Source: Mariprofundales bacterium
GTDB lineage: Bacteria > Pseudomonadota > Zetaproteobacteria > Mariprofundales > J009
DNA: 64,000 nt
Reading direction: 5' to 3'
Assembly (NCBI GenBank): GCA_030950645.1
Contig: JAUZRF010000052.1
Span: 6,427-70,426 of the forward strand
Position numbers and translations under genes: made by a program. The notes under the pieces were generated by a model. It did not search any database. It saw nothing but the letters and a program-made list of their open reading frames with translations, and had not been told where the DNA came from. Positions 17,391 through 25,506 of the stretch are shown one piece after another. Numbering within the stretch: position 1 is the first letter of the stretch; the number at the start of each line of letters is the position of its first letter.

Positions 17391-20300
17391 TGCTGCAAAT
17401 GCGGCTTGAATCTGTCTTTCCAGTGCCGATACCGCCTAAAACAGGCATGGTGCCGAGCTCGCTGCTAGGCTGTGCCGCCTCCATGAATAGTCATTCTTTA
17501 TCCGCCTTGGGCTGGCGCCTGTCTGAACTGGCACGGTGCAGGCCGAAGCGATTGCTGGTCTATATTACGCCGGATCTGCGCAGCTATCGTACCTTGGCTG
17601 AGGAGCTCTCATTTTTCCTGCCGCAAGCCGATCATCTATGGCGTTTCCCCGCCTGGGAGGTGCTGCCCTATGATCGCGTCAGCCCGCACCATGCTATTGT
17701 CGGGGAACGATTCGCTACCTTAAGTCGCCTGTTGCGTCAGCCCAATCCGAGCGGGGTGCTGATTACCGCCCTGCCAGCATGGCTACAACGCATCGCACCG
17801 CCATCATCGGTGACCGCCCATGTATGGCAGCTCAAGGTGGGCGATCAACTTGATCTTGGGGCACTCCAGCACCAATTGATCGAGGCGGGGATGCAACCGG
17901 TGGAGCGGGTGATGGATAGTGGCGAATTTGCCGTGCGTGGTGGCCTGTTCGATATCTGGCCCGCCACCTCCAATGCTCCGATCCGTATCGACCTATTTGG
18001 TGACGATATTGACTCGATCCACACCTTTGACATCGATAGCCAGCGCTCTGGTGCTGCTATTACCGCCTTTGTCTCGGTGCCGGTGCGCGAGGTGATTCTT
18101 GATCAACCTGGTCGGGAGACCTTTTGCGCCGCCTTTCGTGCCCGCTTCCCCCATCTGCGCGGCCACCCCATGCTCACCGCCGCAAAGGTGGGACGGCCGC
18201 ACCCTGGTATTGAGGCGCTGCTGCCGCTGGCCTATCACCAGACTGCACGCTTGCAAGATTACCTGCCATCCGATGCGGTAATCGTCAGTAGCAGCGATCT
18301 TCTGCCTCAGCGCGACCAGTTCGGTGCGCAACTGCGCTCCCATTTTGATCTGATGCGCCACACCGAGGATCCCGCGATCAGCCCGCAGGAGCTGTTTGCG
18401 GTCGAGAGCGATATTCGCGCGACGCTGATTACTCAGCAGGAGGCGCAACTGCATTTGCCGCCGGTTGGTGCCGCTCCGGCGTTATCCGATTTCAGCCAGC
18501 GCCAGGCTCCACTCCATGCCTTGCGTGATCGGTTGCGCCAACAGCTGAGTGATGGCTGGCGGCTGCTGCTGATTGCCCATGGCCCGGGTCAGGCCGAACG
18601 GATGCGGGAGGTTTGTGCGCCGCTGGAGTGTGCCTTTGCCGACTGTGCTGGGCTGCACGATCTGCCGGATGCACGCTCGGCTAGCGGCCCGACTATTTTC
18701 CAAACCTTGGGCTTTGTCGAACAGGGCTTCGTGCTGGAACACGACAAGCTGTTGGTGCTGACCGGACGCGAGCTGTTGGGGCAACGCATCAGTGGCAGCA
18801 GGCACCGCTCGATCTCGGCCATTCGCGCCAATGTGTTTCAGCAGTTACAGGAGCTGGTGCCCGGCAACATGGTGATCCATGAGGATCATGGTTTAGGGCG
18901 CTATTGTGGGCTTGAAACCATGGAGGTGGAGCCGGGGCAGCAGGCTGATTTCCTCCATATTGAATACGCTGGTGACGCCTCGATCTTTGTGCCGGTGGAG
19001 GAGCTTGCCCGTCTTCACCCCTATGTTGGCGACTCCAATCCGGCACTAAACAAGCTCGGTAGCGACAAATGGAAGAAGACGCGCCAGCGGGTAGAGACCG
19101 ACCTGCTGGTGATTGCCCATGAGCTGGTAGCGGTGGAGGCGCGGCGACGGCAGGTGCGTCACGAGGTGGTTGATCTTGCGGCGATTCGTGATGCGTACGA
19201 TGAGTTTTGCGCCCGTTTTCCATTTGAAGAGACCGAGGATCAGCAGCAGGCGATTGATCAGGTGTTGGCCGACATGCAGCAGCCACTGCCGATGGATCGG
19301 GTGGTGTGCGGTGATGTCGGTTTTGGCAAAACTGAGGTGGCGATGCGTGCCGCCTTTGTGGCCGCCGCAGATGGCCGCCAAGTGGCGATGCTGGCACCGA
19401 CCACGGTGCTGGCCAACCAGCACTACACCAGCTTGCGCGAACGCTTCGCTGGCACCGGCCTTGAGATTGCGCTGTTATCCCGCCTCCAGGGCAAAGCCGA
19501 GAGTGCGCGCATCATCACTGGGCTGCAATTGGGTACGGTGCAGATCATCGTCGGCACCCATCGGCTGCTCTCTGCTGCGATCAAGTTCTCCAATCTTGGG
19601 CTGGTGATTGTCGATGAGGAGCACCGCTTCGGCGTGAAGCATAAAGAGGCGATGAAAAAGCTCCATGCCTCGGTTGATTTGATGACCATGACCGCCACTC
19701 CGATCCCGCGTACCCTGCACCAGACCCTCTCTGGCCTGCGCAGTGTCTCCATTATCTCCACCCCGCCGAGCGAACGGGAGGCGATTCGTACCATCGTCTG
19801 TCAATTCGATCTTCACCTTGCTGCCGAGGCGATCCGGCGTGAGCTCTACCGTGGCGGGCAGGTCTATTATCTGCATAACCATGTCAAAAGTATTGACCGC
19901 GTGGCGCAAAGGCTGCGCGAACAGGTGCCGGAGGCGGAGATTGGCATTGCCCACGGTCAGATGGGGGCGGCGGTGCTCGATCGCGCCATGATGGCGTTTC
20001 ATGAGGGGCGGCTGCACATCTTGGTCTGCACCACCATTGTGGAATCGGGGCTCGATGTGCCCAACGCCAACACCATGATTGTTGAACGGGCTGATCTGCT
20101 AGGCTTAGCCCAGCTTCACCAGATTCGTGGTCGGGTGGGGCGTAGCCATCGCCAGGCATTTGCGTACCTCTTCACCCCCGATCCGCGTGCGATCACGCCC
20201 GATGCCCGGGAGCGGCTACACGCGATCGCTCAGCACAGTGAGTTGGGTGCGGGCTTCATGCTGGCGCGGCAGGACATGGAGATTCGTGGCGCCGGTAACC

Positions 20301-20866
20301 TGCTCGGTGCTGAACAGAGCGGAAAGATCAGTGCGATCGGGCTTGATCTCTATCTGGAGATGTTGGGCGCTGCGATCAGTGAGGCGCGCGATGAGCCGGT
20401 GGAGACTCGGGTGGTGCCGTGCGAGATTCACCACCCGTTTAATGCCATCTTGACGCCGGATTATATCCCGCAGATGGGTGAGCGGCTGGCACTCTATCGT
20501 CGCATCAGCCGCATCCACTTCGATGAGGAGGCCGATGGCCTGCTTGATGAGATTAGCGACCGCTTCGGCACGGCTCCGGCGCAGGTGCTGCTCTGCCTGA
20601 CGCTGGCCCGACTGCGCTGGCGTGCCACGGCGTTACGGATTCGTCGCATCGACATGGGGCCAAAACAGGTGGTGTTTTCTTTCACCATCGCGTCACCGAT
20701 TGATTCGAGGCAATTGATGCAGCAGGTGCAATCCAACCCGCGACGCTTCGCGCTGCGCCCCGATGGTGCGCTTACCCTGCGCTTTGATCGCGAAGACGCT
20801 GCCGCCCAACAAATTGCCGCCTGCGTTGATTTTCTCTCCCCGCTTCTGGAGCATCCCAGCGTATGA
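17390..20866 (+). CDS. mfd: Transcription-repair coupling factor Mfd
   Basis: 1158-aa ORF. It has a UvrB-homology N-terminal region, helicase motifs (CGDVGFGKTEVAMRAA, DEEHRFGV, TATPIPRT) and the TRG-type motif QLHQIRGRVGRS. The true start is uncertain: later in-frame Met codons occur up to about 17483. Confidence 0.9.
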   Translation: MLQMRLESVFPVPIPPKTGMVPSSLLGCAASMNSHSLSALGWRLSELARCRPKRLLVYITPDLRSYRTLAEELSFFLPQADHLWRFPAWEVLPYDRVSPHHAIVGERFATLSRLLRQPNPSGVLITALPAWLQRIAPPSSVTAHVWQLKVGDQLDLGALQHQLIEAGMQPVERVMDSGEFAVRGGLFDIWPATSNAPIRIDLFGDDIDSIHTFDIDSQRSGAAITAFVSVPVREVILDQPGRETFCAAFRARFPHLRGHPMLTAAKVGRPHPGIEALLPLAYHQTARLQDYLPSDAVIVSSSDLLPQRDQFGAQLRSHFDLMRHTEDPAISPQELFAVESDIRATLITQQEAQLHLPPVGAAPALSDFSQRQAPLHALRDRLRQQLSDGWRLLLIAHGPGQAERMREVCAPLECAFADCAGLHDLPDARSASGPTIFQTLGFVEQGFVLEHDKLLVLTGRELLGQRISGSRHRSISAIRANVFQQLQELVPGNMVIHEDHGLGRYCGLETMEVEPGQQADFLHIEYAGDASIFVPVEELARLHPYVGDSNPALNKLGSDKWKKTRQRVETDLLVIAHELVAVEARRRQVRHEVVDLAAIRDAYDEFCARFPFEETEDQQQAIDQVLADMQQPLPMDRVVCGDVGFGKTEVAMRAAFVAAADGRQVAMLAPTTVLANQHYTSLRERFAGTGLEIALLSRLQGKAESARIITGLQLGTVQIIVGTHRLLSAAIKFSNLGLVIVDEEHRFGVKHKEAMKKLHASVDLMTMTATPIPRTLHQTLSGLRSVSIISTPPSEREAIRTIVCQFDLHLAAEAIRRELYRGGQVYYLHNHVKSIDRVAQRLREQVPEAEIGIAHGQMGAAVLDRAMMAFHEGRLHILVCTTIVESGLDVPNANTMIVERADLLGLAQLHQIRGRVGRSHRQAFAYLFTPDPRAITPDARERLHAIAQHSELGAGFMLARQDMEIRGAGNLLGAEQSGKISAIGLDLYLEMLGAAISEARDEPVETRVVPCEIHHPFNAILTPDYIPQMGERLALYRRISRIHFDEEADGLLDEISDRFGTAPAQVLLCLTLARLRWRATALRIRRIDMGPKQVVFSFTIASPIDSRQLMQQVQSNPRRFALRPDGALTLRFDREDAAAQQIAACVDFLSPLLEHPSV

Positions 20867-20961
20867 AGATGTTCACCACAGCGGTACGGAGGTATCGACT
20901 TTTGGAGAAATTATTGTCTCTTCTCCGTGTTCCTCTGTGCCTTTGTGCCTTTGTGGTGGGG
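20867..20961. repeat. Inverted repeat of the short repeat R, enclosing an inner hairpin, directly after the mfd stop
   Basis: The left arm ttCACCACAgcGGTACGGAGG (20872-20892) and right arm CCTCTGTGCCtttgtgcctTTGTGGTGggg (20932-20961) are inverted. An inner ggagaa/ttctcc hairpin lies between them. There is no T-tract. Confidence 0.5.
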
Positions 20962-21017
20962 AAAATATCGGTGTTGATCAATCGGCAAGGGAACGGTCTG
21001 ATTTGTGGGCTCTTGAA

Positions 21018-21671
21018 ATGATATACCCCTCGCTTAGCCAGCCTGGATTATTGTTGATGGATATGGATTCTACCCTGATTCAGTGCGAGTGTATTGATGA
21101 GATCGCTGGGTTTCTTGGGATCAAGCCGAAGATCGCCGCCATTACCCGCCGCGCCATGGAGGGAGAGCTCGATTTCACCGCTTCGCTTACCCAGCGGGTG
21201 GCGCTGTTGGCGGGGCTGGATTCTCGCGTGCTGCAACAGGTGTATGATCGGTGCATTGTGCTTACCGATGGTGCTGAGGAGCTCATCTCCACCCTGCACC
21301 GCCACCAATGGCGGGTAGGGCTGGTCTCTGGTGGCTTTACCTATTTCACGGATCGCTTGCAGGTGCGGCTAGGGCTTGATTTTGTTGCCGCGAACCAGTT
21401 AGAGATTGTTGATGACAAGCTCACCGGACAGGTGCTGGGATCGGTTGTCGATGGTGCCGCCAAGCGGGATCACCTGTTGGCTCAAGCGCGGGCGTGGAAC
21501 ATTCCTATTACGCAAACCGTGGCGGTAGGTGATGGTGCCAACGATCTGCCCATGCTGCATGCGGCCGCGTTGGGGGTGGCATTTCATGCCAAGCCCGCAG
21601 TGCGCGCTGAGGCGGATGCTACCATTAACAGCGGAGGGCTGGCACAAATTTTATCGTTGCTCGATCAGTGA
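21018..21671 (+). CDS. serB: Phosphoserine phosphatase SerB (short form)
   Basis: HAD motif I LLLMDMDSTLIQCECIDE, then GELDFTASLTQRVALLAG, SGGF, and motif III VGDGANDLPMLHAAALGVAFHAKP. I prefer the ATG at 21018. The track ORF start at 20763 overlaps mfd and the intergenic repeat. Confidence 0.85.
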   Translation: MIYPSLSQPGLLLMDMDSTLIQCECIDEIAGFLGIKPKIAAITRRAMEGELDFTASLTQRVALLAGLDSRVLQQVYDRCIVLTDGAEELISTLHRHQWRVGLVSGGFTYFTDRLQVRLGLDFVAANQLEIVDDKLTGQVLGSVVDGAAKRDHLLAQARAWNIPITQTVAVGDGANDLPMLHAAALGVAFHAKPAVRAEADATINSGGLAQILSLLDQ

Positions 21672-22294
21672 GTTATTCGCTGACGCAACAACGCGCGCTG
21701 GCGCTGGCGGCATTGGTGCAACCGGTGTGGCTGGTGCATACCATTGCCCGCAGAGGTCAGTGTGATGCGGCCTGCTTTGCGCAGGCGGTGCAGATGCTGT
21801 TTGCCGATGGTCACGATGCTTTATCGCTTTATGGGAATGAAATCAGCCATCTTCACCGAGGACTATCTGTGCTGGAACAGTTGCTTGGTGGCGCGATGGT
21901 GGGGAGCGATGCCAAGCCGATGTTGATCTATGCTGCTAACCTGATTGGTCTGGAGAAACAGCTGCGCCATCATCCTGATATGATTAAATATTTAGCCGAT
22001 GGAATCGAGCGCACCCGCAAGCAGGCGGGCTACTTTGACAATACCCTGCATGACAATGTGATCGCATCGCTCGCCGGTATTTATGGTGAAACCATTAGCC
22101 ACCTCAAGCCCAAGGTGGTGGTGCGGGGCAAGCCAGAGTTTTTGCGCCAAACCGCCAACACCAACCGGATTCGGGTGTTGCTACTGGCCGCCCTACGAGG
22201 GGCGCACTATTGGCATCGGGCTGGAGGCAGCCATTGGCGACTTCTGCTCGGCCGCAGAGGGCTGCGAAAAGAGGTGACTGCGCTACTGCGCTAG
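21668..22294 (+). CDS. hflD: High frequency of lysogenization protein HflD homolog
   Basis: 208 aa. The N-terminus (LALAALVQPVWLVHTIARRGQCDAACF) parallels the E. coli HflD N-terminus ([27 protein letters not shown]). The GTG start overlaps the serB stop (GTGA). Confidence 0.8.
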   Translation: MSYSLTQQRALALAALVQPVWLVHTIARRGQCDAACFAQAVQMLFADGHDALSLYGNEISHLHRGLSVLEQLLGGAMVGSDAKPMLIYAANLIGLEKQLRHHPDMIKYLADGIERTRKQAGYFDNTLHDNVIASLAGIYGETISHLKPKVVVRGKPEFLRQTANTNRIRVLLLAALRGAHYWHRAGGSHWRLLLGRRGLRKEVTALLR

Positions 22295-22978
22295 GTGCGG
22301 TGCCAGCCAGTGCCACGCTTGGTCGGCATTTGCGACGGTTGCACTGGCACCGGCAGCGATCAGGGCATCGGCATCAAAGCCTCCGGTCATCCCCAACGGA
22401 AAGCTGCCGATTCGCACTGCGGCTTTCATGTCCGCCACGCCATCGCCGACCATGACGGCCTCATCAGGAGCGACATCCAAGGTATCGCAGGCGATCTGGA
22501 GCGTATGTGGGTCTGGTTTTTGCCGCCGCTGAGGTGTTAAGCCAACGATAACTGGCAGCAGTGTGGACCAGCCGAGATGGGCAATCTGTTGCTCTGCCCG
22601 CGCCTGCCCTTTGCTGGTGACCACCGCGACTGGGATGGCGGATTGCTGGAGCGTGGTGAGCAACGACTCGGCTCCGGGTAGTGCTGCGATATCAAACAGC
22701 CGCTCATCATGAAACTGCAAAAAACGCTGATGTGCCTGCTCGCGGTGGTCGCCAAACAGGGAGATCATGCTGCACTCGCCGCGACCGGTGTGGCGAATAA
22801 TCTCATCGCGCGTCATTTGTGGTAGGGAGAGCTCGGCGAGGGTGGCGTTGAGCGCATAAATAATGGGCTCAAATGCGTTGATCAGGGTGCCGTCGAGATC
22901 AAGCAACACGGCGCGAAAATTTATGCTAGGCTCCCCTGTGCGGAGCCTTGTGCAGAGAGCTGGGCCAAGCGTTTGCAC
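22283..22978 (-). CDS. HAD-IA hydrolase, phosphoglycolate phosphatase-like
   Basis: Motif I AVLLDLDGTLINAF, motif II VVTSK and motif III MVGDGVADMKAA. The start is uncertain. There is no ATG near the DxD motif. I place it at the GTG at 22978, which implies an overlap of about 58 nt with the upstream aminotransferase. Confidence 0.7.
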   Translation of the reverse strand: MQTLGPALCTRLRTGEPSINFRAVLLDLDGTLINAFEPIIYALNATLAELSLPQMTRDEIIRHTGRGECSMISLFGDHREQAHQRFLQFHDERLFDIAALPGAESLLTTLQQSAIPVAVVTSKGQARAEQQIAHLGWSTLLPVIVGLTPQRRQKPDPHTLQIACDTLDVAPDEAVMVGDGVADMKAAVRIGSFPLGMTGGFDADALIAAGASATVANADQAWHWLAPHLAQ

Positions 22979-23808
22979 ATCGCCGCCCGTAGCCGCATGG
23001 TGATCGTGCCGGGCACGCCATCCCCAATCGGCTTGCCATCGATCCGGCACACCGGAAGCACGGCATTGGTGGTGCTGGTGAGCATGCACTCGGTCAGGTT
23101 TTGCTCATTGAGTTTCCATGGTCGTTCGACCACGGTGATGGCCAATTCATCTGCCAGTTCCAGCGCCATGTGGCGGGTGATGCCGCCCAACACCTGATGA
23201 TCGAGCGGATGGGTCACCAGCTTGCCATCAATCACCGCCAGCAGGTTGGTGGCGCACCCTTCCAGAACATGACCCTCACGATCGAGCCAGAAGGCCTCAT
23301 CGGCGTCTCTTTGCATCGCTTCTTGCTTGCCAAGTACGCTGGCAAGCAAGGCGATTGATTTAATATCGCAGCGCTTCCAGCGAATATCATCTAGGGTGAT
23401 GCCAACTACGCCCTGTGCTAATTTAGCATCGGATGGGGCGGGGAGCCTGCGTGCAGTAAGCACCAAGGTTGGCGTCAAACCGGCGGTGATGAGGTGGGCG
23501 CGCGCGGCGACTCCACGGGTGATCTGCACATAGACCATGGCATCACGAAAGGGGTTGCGTTGATAGATCTGAACCAACAGTTCACGCAGCTCGGCATCGG
23601 CACAGGGGGCGGGAATCGCCACCGCATCCAGTGAACGCTGTAGGCGTGCTAGATGTTGATCCAGATCAAGGAAGTTGCCGCCAAAGCAGGCAATTACCTC
23701 ATAGATGCCGTCGGCAAATTGAAAGCCGCGATCCTCAATGTGCACCATCGCCTCGGCCATCGGCACAAAGTGGCCGTTGACATAGGCGGTTAAGGGCTCT
23801 GCATCCAT
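22921..23808 (-). CDS. Class IV aminotransferase (D-amino-acid aminotransferase-like)
   Basis: 295 aa. N-terminus YVNGHFVPMAEAMVHIEDRGFQFADGIYEVI and RLQRS are typical of the D-alanine / branched-chain class IV fold. Confidence 0.8.
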   Translation of the reverse strand: MDAEPLTAYVNGHFVPMAEAMVHIEDRGFQFADGIYEVIACFGGNFLDLDQHLARLQRSLDAVAIPAPCADAELRELLVQIYQRNPFRDAMVYVQITRGVAARAHLITAGLTPTLVLTARRLPAPSDAKLAQGVVGITLDDIRWKRCDIKSIALLASVLGKQEAMQRDADEAFWLDREGHVLEGCATNLLAVIDGKLVTHPLDHQVLGGITRHMALELADELAITVVERPWKLNEQNLTECMLTSTTNAVLPVCRIDGKPIGDGVPGTITMRLRAAMCKRLAQLSAQGSAQGSLA

Positions 23809-23812
23809 CCGG

Positions 23813-24988
23813 CTACTTTAGCCACAGTTTGATGTGGTCTGCGGTGCGGCCAAACCAACCCGCGCGTTTGACGGCGGCTGCGGTTACCACCGGAATGGAG
23901 GTGATGATCTCTTTTTTACCACGCTCACCGGTAATCACCCCTTGGAGGGTTCCCTGTATTTCTCCTTTGTCTAAGGGAGCTTTAAGCGGTGCGGGGTAGG
24001 TGAGCTCAAAATGAACCTGGTTGGCATACCCCTTGGGCACGGTAATCCATATCGGCCCTTTGGGTACCAGCCATACGGAGTCGGCCTTGCCTTCAAATAC
24101 ATCCACTTGCCGTCGCAGATCACGCGCCGCAGGTCGTATCGAGATAAAGTTGCGGAAGCCATATTTGAGTAGTGCCTTGGATAGGCTGGCGCGGTCATGA
24201 TCCGAGTGGGCGCCGAATATGGCGGAGACAAAGCGGGTGTCACCCTGCTGACGGGAGGAGACTAGACAATACCCCGCCTCACGGGTGTGGCCGGTTTTGA
24301 CCCCATCGGTACCCGGATAGGACCATAGAAGACGGTTGCGGTTGTATTGCCGACGACCTTTAAAGGTGAAGCTTTTCTCGGAGAACACCTTGTATTGCTT
24401 AGGGAAATCGCGCCATAATGCTGCGGCGAGCAGTGCCATATCGCGTGCCGTGCTGTAGTGCCCTTCGGCAGGGAATCCGGTGGCATTGACAAAGTGGCTG
24501 TGCTTCATGCCCAGCTCCGCTGCCTTCTGGTTCATGCGGTCGGCAAAGGCGTCCTGGGTTCCTGCCAAGTGCTCTGCCAGCGCGATGCAGGCATCGTTGC
24601 CGGAGTAGGTGGCAATGCCGTGAATCAATGTCGCCGCGCGTGGATGCATGCGCGGATCGAGGAACATGGTGCTACCACCAATTTTCCATGCAGCTTTGCT
24701 CACTGGGATGCGATCTTTGGGGTTGAGACGGCCTAATTTAATGTCTTCAAAGATCAGATAAAGGGTCATCATTTTGGTCAGGCTGGCCGGAGGAAGCTCC
24801 TCATCGGCATTGTGTTCGGAGATGAATTTACCGGAATGGACATCGAGCAGTACCCAAGCTTTGGCCGCGAGGTTGGGAGCCTTGGGCCAGATCACCGCCT
24901 GCGCCGATGGCATCCACGCCATGGTGGCCAATACCAGTGCCCCCAGGAAAATGAAAAAACAGCGTCCCTGTGCTAATCTGCTTGGCAT
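23813..24988 (-). CDS. D-alanyl-D-alanine carboxypeptidase (PBP5/6 family)
   Basis: Signal peptide (FIFLGALVLATMAWMPSAQA), active-site SLTKMMT (SxxK), YSGND (SxN) and KTGHT (KTG) motifs. I prefer the internal Met at 24988 that begins the signal peptide. Confidence 0.88.
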   Translation of the reverse strand: MPSRLAQGRCFFIFLGALVLATMAWMPSAQAVIWPKAPNLAAKAWVLLDVHSGKFISEHNADEELPPASLTKMMTLYLIFEDIKLGRLNPKDRIPVSKAAWKIGGSTMFLDPRMHPRAATLIHGIATYSGNDACIALAEHLAGTQDAFADRMNQKAAELGMKHSHFVNATGFPAEGHYSTARDMALLAAALWRDFPKQYKVFSEKSFTFKGRRQYNRNRLLWSYPGTDGVKTGHTREAGYCLVSSRQQGDTRFVSAIFGAHSDHDRASLSKALLKYGFRNFISIRPAARDLRRQVDVFEGKADSVWLVPKGPIWITVPKGYANQVHFELTYPAPLKAPLDKGEIQGTLQGVITGERGKKEIITSIPVVTAAAVKRAGWFGRTADHIKLWLK

Positions 24989-25205
24989 ATCTGGTCTCCG
25001 TAAATATGAAATGGTTTGTAAAATCAGTTGAATGGTAATGATTGCTTGCAGTGCATTCCTGAGCAATCATGCCTTGGGATGGCCTTTGAAGCGCGATAAG
25101 GGTGGAGCTCTACCCGTTAATCGGCTGCATATCCCCCGTTTTCAGCTCGCTACCCTGCGCCCTGAAGCGTCAGGGCGCCTTTGGCTGGGTGTACTCTGTA
25201 TGGAT

Positions 25206-25281
25206 TGGCTCCCCGGGCCGGACTCGAACCAGCGACAAGGTGATTAACAGTCACCCGCTCTACCAACTGAGCTACCGGGGA
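25206..25281 (-). tRNA. tRNA-Asn (anticodon GTT), CCA encoded
   Basis: The reverse complement TCCCCGGTAGCTCAGTTGGTAGAGCGGGTGACTGTTAATCACCTTGTCGCTGGTTCGAGTCCGGCCCGGGGAGCCA folds by hand into a cloverleaf. It has a 7-bp acceptor, GCTC/GAGC D stem, GGTGA/TCACC anticodon stem with loop CTGTTAA, and a GCTGG/CCGGC T stem with TTCGAGT loop. Confidence 0.92.
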
Positions 25282-25291
25282 AGATACGCGA

Positions 25292-25319
25292 ACGGTACAA
25301 TTGCGGTCTATACTGTCAA
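25292..25319 (-). promoter_or_regulatory. Candidate sigma-70 promoter of tRNA-Asn (TTGACA-N16-TACCGT)
   Basis: On the minus strand, TTGACA (25319-25314) and TACCGT (25297-25292) are separated by 16 nt. The -10 element ends about 10 nt before the mature tRNA 5' end. Confidence 0.4.
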
Positions 25320-25358
25320 TTGCGAGACTTCCCGCCAACGAATTTCTATGACCAAAAT

Positions 25359-25480
25359 GTAACTGCTCAGATTGCTTCTGCTTTTTCTGATAGCAAGGCG
25401 AAAAAGCGGAGTTTACTACTGTAAATGGGTATTTTTCAACGCCGCTATCGTGGAAAGCCGGAAGTGATCTGAGTAGTTAC
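25359..25480 (-). mobile_element. MITE-like palindromic element, short form (copy C, 122 bp) with 8-bp TSD ACCAAAAT
   Basis: GTAACTGCTCAG...CTGAGTAGTTAC. The core is the reverse complement of the copy B core. Identical ACCAAAAT is found at 25351-25358 and 25481-25488. Confidence 0.9.
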
Positions 25481-25506
25481 ACCAAAATGATCCCAGTGAG
25501 ATCCCA

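Noticed and set aside
25157-25178. Perfect 9-bp GC-rich hairpin GCGCCCTGA-agcg-TCAGGGCGC, 28 nt downstream of tRNA-Asn
   Set aside because: No U-tract follows on the minus strand, so I did not call it an intrinsic terminator. It could still be a processing or Rho-related site.
25102-25362. 86-aa (+) and 62-aa (-) ORFs between the carboxypeptidase gene and cimA
   Set aside because: Both overlap the tRNA-Asn gene and its promoter region, and neither has motif support.
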